Notes under the pieces: model-generated
What the model was told of the DNA's origin: nothing
Seen by the model: only the letters and a program-made list of their open reading frames with translations
The model's database searches: none
Part shown: one piece after another, positions 11,001 to 23,000 of the stretch
Position numbering within the stretch: position 1 is the first letter of the stretch
Layout: each line of letters begins with the position of its first letter
Program-made: the position numbers and the translations under genes
NCBI GenBank assembly: GCA_964016885.1
Contig: OZ024744.1
Location: 130,138,001 to 130,202,000, forward strand
From: Eledone cirrhosa
Lineage: Eukaryota
Reading direction: 5' to 3'
Length of the DNA: 64,000 nt

Positions 11001-14000
11001 AGTTAAGTTGGGGTTTATTTAAGTTGGGGTTCAGTTAATTTGGGGTTAAGTTAAGTTTGGGTTAAGTTGGGGTTAAATTAAGTTGGGGTTAAGTTAAGTT
11101 GGGGTTAAGTTAAGTTGGGGTTAAGTTAAGTTGGGGTTAAGTTAAGTTGGGGTTAAGTTAAGTTGGGGGTAAGTTAAGTTGGGGGTAAGTTAAGTTGGTG
11201 TTAAGTTAAGTTGGGGTTAAGTTAAGTTGGGGTTAAGTTAAGTTAGGTTTAAGTTAAGTTGGGGCTGAGTTAAGTTAGGGCTAAGTTAAGTTGGAGTTAA
11301 GTAAAGTTAGGGCTAAGTTAAGTTGGGGTTAAGTTAAGTTGGGGTTAATTTAAGTTGGGGTTACATTAAGATGAGGTTAAGTTAAGTTGGTGTTAAGTTA
11401 AGTTGGGGTTAATTTAAGTTAAGTTGGGGTTAAGTTAAGTTGGGGTTAAGTTAAGTTGGGGTTAATTTCAGTTGGGGTTGAGTTAAGTTGGGGTTAAGTT
11501 TAGTTGGGGTTAAGTTAAGTTGGGGTTGAGTTAAGTTGGGGTTAAGTTAAGTTGGGGCTAAGTTAAGTTCGGGTTAAGTTAAGTTGGTGTTAAGTTAAGT
11601 TGGGGTTAAGTTAAGTTGGGGCTAAGTTAAGTTGGGTCTAAGTTAAGTTGGGGTTAAGTTAAGTTGGGGTTAAGTTAAGTTAGGGTTAATTTAAGTTGGG
11701 GTTATGTTAAGTTGGGGTTAAGTTAAGTTGGGGTTAAGTTAGGTTGGTGTTAAGTTAAGTTGGGGGTAAGTTAAGTTGGGGGTAAGTTAAGTTGGTGTTA
11801 AGTTAAGTTGGGGTTAAGTTAAGTTGGGGTTAAGTTAAGTTGGGTTTAAGTTAAGTTGGGGTTAAGTTAAGTTGGGGTTAAGATAAGTTGGGGTTAAGTT
11901 AAGTTGGGGTTGAGTTAATTTGGGGTTAACTTAAGTTGGGGTTAACTTAAGTCGGGATTAAGTTAAGTGGGGGTTAAGTTAAGTTGGGGTTAAATTAAGT
12001 TCCGGTTAATTTAAGTTGGGGTTAAGTTAAGTTGGGGTTAAGTTAGGTTGGGGTTAAGTTAAGTTGGGGGTAAGTTAAGTTGGGGGTAAGTTCAGTTGGG
12101 GTTAAGTTAAGTTGGGGTTGAGTTAAGTTGGGGCTAAGTTAAGTTAGGGTTATGTTAAGTTGGGGTTAATTTAAGTTGGGGTTAAGTTAAGTTGGGGTTC
12201 AATTAAGTTGCGGTTAATTTAAGTTGGGGTTAAGTTAAGTTGGGGTTAAGTTAAGTTGGGGTTAAGTTAAGTTGGGGTTAAGTTAAGTTGGGGTTAAGTT
12301 AAGTTGGGGGTAAGTTAAATTGGTGGTAAGTTAAGTTGGGGGTAAGTTAAGATGGGGTTAAGTTAAGTTGGGGTTAATTTAATTTGGGGTTAAGTTAAGT
12401 TGGGGTTAAGTTAAGTTGGGGTTAAGTTAAGTTGGAGTTAAGTTAAGTTGGGGGTAAGTTAAGTTGGGGTTAAGTTAAGTTGGGGTTAAGATAAGTTGGG
12501 GTTAAGTTAAGTTGGGGTTGAGCTAAGTTGGGGTTGAGTTAATTTGGGGTTAAGTTAAGTTGGGGTTAAGTTAAGTTGGGTTTAAGTTAAGTTGGGGTTA
12601 AGTTAAGTTGGGGTTAAATTAAGTTGGGGTTAAGCTAAGTTGGGGTTAAGTTAAATTGAGGTTAAGTTAAGTTGGGGTTAATTTAAGTTGGGGTTAAGCT
12701 AAGTTGGGGTTAAGTTAAATTGAGGTTAAGTTAAGTTGGGGTTAAGTTAAGTTGGGGTTAATTTAAGTTGGGGCTAAGTAAAGTTGGGGCTAAGTTAAGT
12801 AGGGGTTAAGTTAAGTTAGGGTTGAGTTAAGGTGGGGTTTAGTTAAGTTGGGTTTGAGTTAAGTTGGGGTTAATTAAGTTGGGGTTAAGTTAAGTTGGGG
12901 TTAAGTTAAGTTGGGGTTAAGTTAGGTTGAGATTAATTTAAGTTGGGGTTAAGTGAAGTTGCGGTTAAGTTAAGTTGGGGCTAAGTTAAGTTGGGGCTAA
13001 GTTAAGTTGGGGCTTAGTTAAGTTGGGGTTAAGTTAAGTTGGGGTTAAGTTAAGGTGGGGTTTAGTTAAGTTGGGGTCAACTAAAGTTGGGGTTAAGTTA
13101 AGTTGGGGTTCACTTAAGTTGGGGTTAAGTTAAGTTGGGGTTAAGTTAAGTTGGGGTTTATTTAAGTTGGGGTTCAGTTAATTTGGGGTTAAGTTAAGTT
13201 TGGGTTTAGTTGGGGTTAAATTAAGTTGGGGTTAAGTTAAGTTGGGGTTAAGTTACGTTGGGGTTAATTTAAGTTGGGGTTAAGTTAAGTTGCGGGTAAT
13301 TTAAGTTGGGGTTAAGTTAAGTTGGGGTTAAGTTAAGTTGGGGTTAAGTTAAGTTGGGGGTAAGTTAAGTTGGGGGTAAGTTAAGTTGGGGGTAAGTTAA
13401 GCTGGGGTTAAGTTAAGTTGGGGTTAAGTTAAGTTAGGGTTAAGTTAAGTTAGGGTTAAGTTAAGTTGGGGTTGAGTTAAGTTGGGGTTAAGTTAAGTTG
13501 GGGTTATGTTAAGTTGGGGTTAAGTTAAATTGGGGTTAATTTAACTTTGTGGTTAAGTTAAGTTGGGGTTAATTTAAGTTGGGGTTAAGTTAAGTTGGAG
13601 TTAAGTTAAGTTGGGGTTAAGTTAAGTTGGGGTTAATTTAAGTTGCGGTTAAGTTAAGTTGAGGTTAAGTTAAGTTGGGGTTAAGTTAAGTTGGGGTTAA
13701 GTTAAGTTGGGGCTAAGTTAAGTTGGGGCTAAGTTAAGTTGGGGCTTAGTTAAGTTGGGGTTAAGTTAAGTTGGGGTTAAGTTAAGGTGGGGTTTAGTTA
13801 AGTTGGGGCCAACTAAAGTTGGGGTTAAGTTAAGTTGGGGTTTATTTAAGTTGGGGTTCAGTTAATTTGGGGTTAAGTTAAGTTTGGGTTAAGTTGGGGT
13901 TAAATTAAGTTGGGGTTAAGTTAAGTTGGGGTTAAGTTAAGTTGGGGTTAAGTTAAGTTGGGGTTAAGTTAAGTTGGGGTTAAGTTAAGTTGGGGGTAAG

Positions 14001-17000
14001 TTAAGTTGGGGGTAAGTTAAGTTGGTGTTAAGTTAAGTTGGGGTTAAGTTAAGTTGGGGTTAAGTTAAGTTGGGTTTAAGTTAAGTTGGGGCTGAGTTAA
14101 GTTAGGGCTAAGTTAAGTTGGAGTTAAGTAAAGTTAGGGCTAAGTTAAGTTGGGGTTAAGTTAAGTTGGGGTTAATTTAAGTTGGGGTTACATTAAGATG
14201 AGGTTAAGTTAAGTTGGTGTTAAGTTAAGTTGGGGTTAATTTAAGTTAAGTTGGGGTTAAGTTAAGTTGGGGTTAAGTTAAGTTGGGGTTAATTTCAGTT
14301 GGGGTTGAGTTAAGTTGGGGTTAAGTTTAGTTGGGGTTAAGTTAAGTTGGGGTTGAGTTAAGTTGGGGTTAAGTTAAGTTGGGGCTAAGTTAAGTTCGGG
14401 TTAAGTTAAGTTGGTGTTAAGTTAAGTTGGGGTTAAGTTAAGTTGGGGCTAAGTTAAGTTGGGTCTAAGTTAAGTTGGGGTTAAGTTAAGTTGGGGTTAA
14501 GTTAAGTTAGGGTTAATTTAAGTTGGGGTTATGTTAAGTTGGGGTTAAGTTAAGTTAGGGTTAAGTTAAGTTGGGGTTAAGTTAAGTGGTGGTTATGTTA
14601 AGTGGTGGTTATGTTAAGTTGGGGTTAAGTTGATTTGGGGTAAAGTTAAGTTGGGGTTAAGTTAAGTTGGGGTTAAGTTAAGTTGGGGGTAAGATAAGTT
14701 GGGGTTAGTTAAGTTGCGGTTAAGTTAAGTTGGGGTTAATTTAAGTTGGGGTTAAGTTAAGTTGGGGTTAAGTTAAGTTGGGGTTAAGTTGATTTGGGGT
14801 AAAGTTAAGTTGGGGTTAAGTTAAGTTGGGGTTAATTTAAGTTGGGGTTAAGTTAAGTTGGGGTTAATTTAAGTTGGGGTTAATTTAAGTTGGGGTTAAG
14901 TTAAGTTGGGGTTAAGTTAAGTTGGGGTTAAGTTAAGTTGGGGGTAAGTTAAGTTGGGGTTAAGTTAAGTTGGGGTTAAGTTGGGGTTAAGTTAAGTTAG
15001 GGTTAACTTAAGTTGGGGTTAAGTTAAGTGGTGGTTATGTTAAGTGGTGGTTATGTTAACTTGGGGTTAAGTTAAGTTGGGGTTAAGTTAAATTGGGGTT
15101 AAGTTAAGTTGCGGTTAAGTTAAGTTGGGGTTAACTTAAGTTGGGGTTAAGTTAATTAGGGTTAAGTTAAGTTGGGGTTAAGTTAAGTTGGGGTTAAGTT
15201 AAGTTGCGGTTAAGTTAAGTTGGCGTTAAGTTAAGTTGGGGTTAAGTTAAGTTGGGATTAAGTTAAGTTGGGGTTAAGTTAAGATGGGGTTAAGTTAAGT
15301 TGGGGTTAAGTTAGATTGTTGTTAAGTTAAGTTGGGGTTAAGTTAAGTTGGGGTTAATTTAAGTTGGGGTTAAGTTAAGTCGGGGTTAAGTTGAGTTGGG
15401 GTTAGGTTAAGTTGGGGTTAAGTTAAGTTGGGGTTAAGTTAAGTTGGGGTTAAGATAAGTTGGGGTTAAGTTAAGTTGGGGTTCAATTAAGTTGCGGTTA
15501 ATTTAAGTTGGGGTTAAGTTAAGTTGGGGTTAAGTTAAGTTGGGGTTAAGTTAAGTTGGGGTTAAGTTAAGTTGGGGTTAAGTTAAGTTGGGGTTAAGTT
15601 AAGTTGGGGTTACGTTAAGTTGGGGGTAAGTTAAGTTGGTGGTAAGTTAAGTTGGGGGTAAGTTAAGATGGGGTTAAGTTAAGTTGGGGTTAATTTAATT
15701 TGGGGTTAAGTTAAGTTGGGGTTAAGTTAAGTTGGGGTTAAGTTAAGTTGGAGTTAAGTTAAGTTGGGGGTAAGTTAAGTTGGGGTTAAGTTAAGTTGGG
15801 GTTAAGATAAGTTGGGGTTAAGTTAAGTTGGGGTTGAGCTAAGTTGGGGTTAAGTTAAATTGAGGTTAAGTTAAGTTGGGGTTAATTTAAGTTGGGGTTA
15901 AGCTAAGTTGGGGTTAAGTTAAATTGAGGTTAAGTTAAGTTGGGGTTAAGTTAAGTTGGGGTTAATTTAAGTTGGGGCTAAGTAAAGTTGGGGCTAAGTT
16001 AAGTAGGGGTTAAGTTAAGTTAGGGTTGAGTTAAGTTGGGGTTAAGTTAACTTTGGGTTAAGTTAAGTTGGGTTTGAGTTAAGTTGGGGTTAATTAAGTT
16101 GGGGTTAAGTTAAGTTGGGGTTAAGTTAAGTTGGGGTTAAGTTAAGTTGGGGTTAAGTTAAGTTGCGGTTAAGTTAAGTTGAGATTAAGTTAAGTTGGGG
16201 TTAAGTGAAGTTGCGGTTAAGTTAAGTTGGGGCTAAGTTAAGTTGGGGCTAAGTTAAGTTGGGGCTTAGTTAAGTTGGGGTTTAGTTAAGTTGGGGTCAA
16301 CTAAAGTTGGGGTTAAGTTAAGTTGGGGTTCACTTAAGTTGGGGTTAAGTTAAGTTGGGGTTAAGTTAAGTTGGGGTTTATTTAAGTTGGGGTTCAGTTA
16401 ATTTGGGGTTAAGTTAAGTTTGGGTTTAGTTGGGGTTAAATTAAGTTGGGGTTAAGTTAAGTTGGGGTTAAGTTACGTTGGGGTTAATTTAAGTTGGGGT
16501 TAAGTTAAGTTGCGGGTAATTTAAGTTGGGGTTAAGTTAAGTTGGGGTTAAGTTAAGTTGGGGTTAAGTTAAGTTGGGGGTAAGTTAAGTTGGGGGTAAG
16601 TTAAGTTGGGGGTAAGTTAAGTTGGGGTTAAGTTAAGTTGGGGTTAAGTTAAGTTGGGGTTAAGTTAAGTTAGGGTTAAGTTAAGTTGGGGTTGAGTTAA
16701 GTTGGGGTTAAGTTAAGTTGGGGTTATGTTAAGTTGGGGTTAAGTTAAATTGGGGTTAATTTAACTTTGTGGTTAAGTTAAGTTGGGGTTAATTTAAGTT
16801 GGGGTTAAGTTAAGTTGGAGTTAAGTTAAGTTGGGGTTAAGTTAAGTTGGGGTTAATTTAAGTTGCGGTTAAGTTAAGTTGAGGTTAAGTTAAGTTGGGG
16901 TTAAGTTAAGTTGGGGTTAAGTTAAGTTGGGGCTAAGTTAAGTTGGGGCTAAGTTACGTTGGGGCTTAGTTAAGTTGCGGTTAAGTTAAGTTGGGGTTAA

Positions 17001-20000
17001 GTTAAGGTGGGGTTTAGTTAAGTTGGGGTCAACTAAAGTTGGGGTTAAGTTAAGTTGGGGTTTATTTAAGTTGGGGTTCAGTTAATTTGGGGTTAAGTTA
17101 AGTATGGGTTAAGTTGGGGTTAAATTAAGTTGGGGTTAAGTTAAGTTGGGGTTAAGTTAAGTTGGGGTTAAGTTAAGTTGGGGTTAAGTTAAGTTGGGGT
17201 TAAGTTAAGTTGGGGGTAAGTTAAGTTGGGGGTAAGTTAAGTTGGTGTTAAGTTAAGTTGGGGTTAAGTTAAGTTGGGGTTAAGTTAAGTTGGGTTTAAG
17301 TTAAGTTGGGGCTGAGTTAAGTTAGGGCTAAGTTAAGTTGGAGTTAAGTAAAGTTAGGGCTAAGTAAAGTTGGGGTTAAGTTAAGTTGGGGTTAATTTAA
17401 GTTGGGGTTACATTAAGATGAGGTTAAGTTAAGTTGGTGTTAAGTTAAGTTGGGGTTAATTTAAGTTAAGTTGGGGTTAAGTTAAGTTGGGGTTAAGTTA
17501 AGTTGGGGTTAATTTCAGTTGGGGTTGAGTTAAGTTGGGGTTAAGTTTAGTTGGGGTTAAGTTAAGTTGGGGTTGAGTTAAGTTGGGGTTAATTTAAGTT
17601 GGGGCTAAGTTAAGTTCGGGTTAAGTTAAGTTGGTGTTAAGTTAAGTTGGGGTTAAGTTAAGTTGGGGCTAAGTTAAGTTGGGGTTAAGTTAAGTTGGGG
17701 TTAAGTTAAGTTGGGGCTAAGTTAAGTTGGGGCTAAGTTAAGTTGGGGTTAAGTTAAGTTAGGGTTAATTTAAGTTGGGGTTATGTTAAGTTGGGGTTAA
17801 GTTAAGTTGGGGTTAAGTTAGGTTGGTGTTAATTTAAGTTGGGGGTAAGTTAAGTTGGGGGGTAAGTTAAGTTGGTGTTAAGTTAAGTTGGGGTTAAATT
17901 AAGTTGGGGTTAAGTGAAGTTGCGGTTAAGTTAAGTTGGGGCTAAGTTAAGTTGGGGCTAAGTTAAGTTGGGGCTTAATTAAGTTGGGGTTAAGTTAAGT
18001 TGGGGTTAAGTTAAGGTGGGGTTTAGTTAAGTTGGGGTCAACTAAAGTTGGGGTTAAGTTAAGTTGGGGTTCACTTAAGTTGGGGTTAAGTTAAGTTGGG
18101 GTTAAGTTAAGTTGGGGTTTATTTAAGTTGGGGTTCAGTTAATTTGGGGTTAAGTTAAGTTTGGGTTTAGTTGGGGTTAAATTAAGTTGGGGTTAAGTTA
18201 AGTTGGGGTTAAGTTACGTTGGGGTTAATTTAAGTTGGGGTTAAGTTAAGTTGGGGTTAATTTAAGTTGGGGTTAATTTAAGTTGGGGTTAAGTTAAGTT
18301 GGGGTTAAGTTAAGTTGGGGTTAAGTTAAGTTGGGGGTAAGTTAAGTTGGGGTTAAGTTAATTTGGGGTTAAGTTGGGGTTAAGTTAAGTTAGGGTTAAC
18401 TTAAGTTGGGGTTAAGTTAAGTGGTGGTTATGTTAAGTGGTGGTTATGTTAACTTGGGGTTAAGTTAAGTTGGGGTTAAGTTAAATTGGGGTTAAGTTAA
18501 GTTGCGGTTAAGTTAAGTTGGGGTTAAGTTAAGTTGGGGTTAAGTTAATTAGGGTTAAGTTAAGTTGGGGTTAAGTTAAGTTGGGGTTAAGTTAAGTTGC
18601 GGTTAAGTTAAGTTGGCGTTAAGTTAAGTTGGGGTTAAGTTAAGTTGGGATTAAGTTAAGTTGGGGTTAAGTTAAGATGGGGTTAAGTTAAGTTGGGGTT
18701 AAGTTAGATTGTTGTTAAGTTAAGTTGGGGTTAAGTTAAGTTGGGGTTAATTTAAGTTGGGGTTAAGTTAAGTCGGGGTTAAGTTGAGTTGGGGTTAGGT
18801 TAAGTTGGGGTTAAGTTAAGTTGGGGTTAAGTTAAGTTGGGGTTAAGATAAGTTGGGGTTAAGTTAAGTTGGGGTTCAATTAAGTTGCGGTTAATTTAAG
18901 TTGGGGTTAAGTTAAGTTGGGGTTAAGTTAAGTTGGGGTTAAGTTAAGTTGGGGTTAAGTTAAGTTGGGGTTCAGTTAAGTTGGGGTTAAGTTAAGTTGG
19001 GGTTACGTTAAGTTGGGGGTAAGTTAAGTTGGTGGTAAGTTAAGTTGGGGGTAAGTTAAGATGGGGTTAAGTTAAGTTGGGGTTAATTTAATTTGGGGTT
19101 AAGTTAAGTTGGGGTTAAGTTAAGTTGGGGTTAAGTTAAGTTGGAGTTAAGTTAAGTTGGGGGTAAGTTAAGTTGGGGTTAAGTTAAGTTGGGGTTAAGA
19201 TAAGTTGGGGTTAAGTTAAGTTGGGGTTGAGCTAAGTTGGGGTTGAGTTAATTTGGGGTTAAGTTAAGTTGGGGTTAAGTTAAGTTGGGTTTAAGTTAAG
19301 TTGGGGTTAAGTTAAGTTGGGGTTAAATTAAGTTGGGGTTAAGCTAAGTTGGGGTTAAGTTAAATTGAGGTTAAGTTAAGTTGGGGTTAATTTAAGTTGG
19401 GGTTAAGCTAAGTTGGGGTTAAGTTAAATTGAGGTTAAGTTAAGTTGGGGTTAAGTTAAGTTGGGGTTAATTTAAGTTGGGGCTAAGTAAAGTTGGGGCT
19501 AAGTTAAGTAGGGGTTAAGTTAAGTTAGGGTTGAGTTAAGTTGGGGTTAAGTTAACTTTGGGTTAAGTTAAGTTGGGTTTGAGTTAAGTTGGGGTTAATT
19601 AAGTTGGGGTTAAGTTAAGTTGGGGTTAAGTTAAGTTGGGGTTAAGTTAAGTTGGGGTTAAGTTAAGTTGCGGTTAAGTTAAGTTGAGATTAAGTTAAGT
19701 TGGGGTTAAGTGAAGTTGCGGTTAAGTTAAGTTGGGGCTAAGTTAAGTTGGGGCTAAGTTAAGTTGGGGCTTAGTTAAGTTGGGGTTTAGTTAAGTTGGG
19801 GTCAACTAAAGTTGGGGTTAAGTTAAGTTGGGGTTCACTTAAGTTGGGGTTAAGTTAAGTTGGGGTTAAGTTAAGTTGGGGTTTATTTAAGTTGGGGTTC
19901 AGTTAATTTGGGGTTAAGTTAAGTTTGGGTTTAGTTGGGGTTAAATTAAGTTGGGGTTAAATTAAGTTGGGGTTAAGTTACGTTGGGGTTAATTTAAGTT

Positions 20001-23000
20001 GGGGTTAAGTTAAGTTGCGGGTAATTTAAGTTGGGGTTAAGTTAAGTTGGGGTTAAGTTAAGTTGGGGTTAAGTTAAGTTGGGGGTAAGTTAAGTTGGGG
20101 GTAAGTTAAGTTGGGGGTAAGTTAAGTTGGGGTTAAGTTAAGTTGGGGTTAAGTTAAGTTGGGGTTAAGTTAAGTTAGGGTTAAGTTAAGTTGGGGTTGA
20201 GTTAAGTTGGGGTTAAGTTAAGTTGGGGTTATGTTAAGTTGGGGTTAAGTTAAATTGGGGTTAATTTAACTTTGTGGTTAAGTTAAGTTGGGGTTAATTT
20301 AAGTTGGGGTTAAGTTAAGTTGGAGTTAAGTTAAGTTGGGGTTAAGTTAAGTTGGGGTTAATTTAAGTTGCGGTTAAGTTAAGTTGAGGTTAAGTTAAGT
20401 TGGGGTTAAGTTAAGTTGGGGTTAAGTTAAGTTGGGGCTAAGTTAAGTTGGGGCTAAGTTACGTTGGGGCTTAGTTAAGTTGGGGTTAAGTTAAGTTGGG
20501 GTTAAGTTAAGGTGGGGTTTAGTTAAGTTGGGGTCAACTAAAGTTGGGGTTAAGTTAAGTTGGGGTTTATTTAAGTTGGGGTTCAGTTAATTTGGGGTTA
20601 AGTTAAGTTTGGGTTAAGTTGGGGTTAAATTAAGTTGGGGTTAAGTTAAGTTGGGGTTAAGTTAAGTTGGGGTTAAGTTAAGTTGGGGTTAAGTTAAGTT
20701 GGGGTTAAGTTAAGTTGGGGGTAAGTTAAGTTGGGGGTAAGTTAAGTTGGTGTTAAGTTAAGTTGGGGTTAAGTTAAGTTGGGGTTAAGTTAAGTTGGGT
20801 TTAAGTTAAGTTGGGGCTGAGTTAAGTTAGGGCTAAGTTAAGTTGGAGTTAAGTAAAGTTAGGGCTAAGTAAAGTTGGGGTTAAGTTAAGTTGGGGTTAA
20901 TTTAAGTTGGGGTTACATTAAGATGAGGTTAAGTTAAGTTGGTGTTAAGTTAAGTTGGGGTTAATTTATGTTAAGTTGGGGTTAAGTTAAGTTGGGGTTA
21001 AGTTAAGTTGGGGTTAATTTCAGTTGGGGTTGAGTTAAGTTGGGGTTAAGTTTAGTTGGGGTTAAGTTAAGTTGGGGTTGAGTTAAGTTGGGGTTAATTT
21101 AAGTTGGGGCTAAGTTAAGTTCGGGTTAAGTTAAGTTGGTGTTAAGTTAAGTTGGGGTTAAGTTAAGTTGGGGCTAAGTTAAGTTGGGGTTAAGTTAAGT
21201 TGGGGTTAAGTTAAGTTGGGGCTAAGTTAAGTTGGGGCTAAGTTAAGTTGGGGTTAAGTTAAGTTAGGGTTAATTTAAGTTGGGGTTATGTTAAGTTGGG
21301 GTTAAGTTAAGTTGGGGTTAAGTTAGGTTGGTGTTAAGTTAAGTTGGGGGTAAGTTAAGTTGGGGGGTAAGTTAAGTTGGTGTTAAGTTAAGTTGGGGTT
21401 AAATTAAGTTGGGGTTAAGTGAAGTTGCGGTTAAGTTAAGTTGGGGCTAAGTTAAGTTGGGGCTAAGTTAAGTTGGGGCTTAATTAAGTTGGGGTTAAGT
21501 TAAGTTGGGGTTAAGTTAAGGTGGGGTTTAGTTAAGTTGGGGTCAACTAAAGTTGGGGTTAAGTTAAGTTGGGGTTCACTTAAGTTGGGGTTAAGTTAAG
21601 TTGGGGTTAAGTTAAGTTGGGGTTTATTTAAGTTGGGGTTCAGTTAATTTGGGGTTAAGTTAAGTTTGGGTTTAGTTGGGGTTAAATTAAGTTGGGGTTA
21701 AGTTAAGTTGGGGTTAAGTTACGTTGGGGTTAATTTAAGTTGGGGTTAAGTTAAGTTGCGGGTAATTTAAGTTGGGGTTAAGTTAAGTTGGGGTTAAGTT
21801 AAGTTGGGGTTAAGTTAAGTTCGGGGTAATTTAAGTTGGGGGTAAGTTAAGTTGGGGGTAAGTTAAGTTGGGGTTAAGTTAAGTTGGGGTTAAGTTAAGT
21901 TGGGGTTAAGTTAAGTTAGGGTTAAGTTAAGTTGGGGTTGAGTTAAGTTGGGGTTAAGTTAAGTTGGGGTTATGTTAAGTTGGGGTTAAGTTAAATTGGG
22001 GTTAATTTAACTTTGTGGTTAAGTTAAGTTGGGGTTAATTTAAGTTGGGGTTAAGTTAAGTTGGAGTTAAGTTAAGTTGGGGTTAAGTTAAGTTGGGGTT
22101 AATTTAAGTTGCGGTTAAGTTAAGTTGAGGTTAAGTTAAGTTGGGGTTAAGTTAAGTTGGGGTTAAGTTAAGTTGGGGCTAAGTTAAGTTGGGGCTAAGT
22201 TAAGTTGGGGCTTAGTTAAGTTGGGGTTAAGTTAAGTTGGGGTTAAGTTAAGGTGGGGTTTAGTTAAGTTGGGGTCAACTAAAGTTGGGGCTTAGTTAAG
22301 TTGGGGGTAAGTTAAGTTGGGGGTAAGTTAAGTTGGTGTTAAGTTAAGTTGGGGTTAAGTTAAGTTGGGGTTAAGTTAAGTTGGGTTTAAGTTAAGTTGG
22401 GGCTGAGTTAAGTTAGGGCTAAGTTAAGTTGGAGTTAAGTAAAGTTAGGGCTAAGTTAAGTTGGGGTTAAGTTAAGTTGGGGTTAATTTAAGTTGGGGTT
22501 ACATTAAGATGAGGTTAAGTTAAGTTGGTGTTAAGTTAAGTTGGGGTTAATTTCAGTTGGGGTTAAGTTAAGTTGGGGTTAAGTTAAGTTGGGGTTAATT
22601 TCAGTTGGGGTTGAGTTAAGTTGGGGTTAAGTTTAGTTGGGGTTAAGTTAAGTTGGGGTTGAGTTAAGTTGGGGTTAAGTTAAGTTGGGGCTAAGTTAAG
22701 TTCGGGTTAAGTTAAGTTGGTGTTAAGTTAAGTTGGGGTTAAGTTAAGTTGGGGCTAAGTTAAGTTGGGTCTAAGTTAAGTTGGGGTTAAGTTAAGTTGG
22801 GGTTAAGTTAAGTTAGGGTTAATTTAAGTTGGGGTTATGTTAAGTTGGGGTTAAGTTAAGTTGGGGTTAAGTTAGGTTGGTGTTAAGTTAAGTTGGGGGT
22901 AAGTTAAGTTGGGGGTAAGTTAAGTTGGTGTTAAGTTAAGTTGGGGTTAAGTTAAGTTGGGGTTAAGTTAAGTTGGGTTTAAGTTAAGTTGGGGCTAAGT

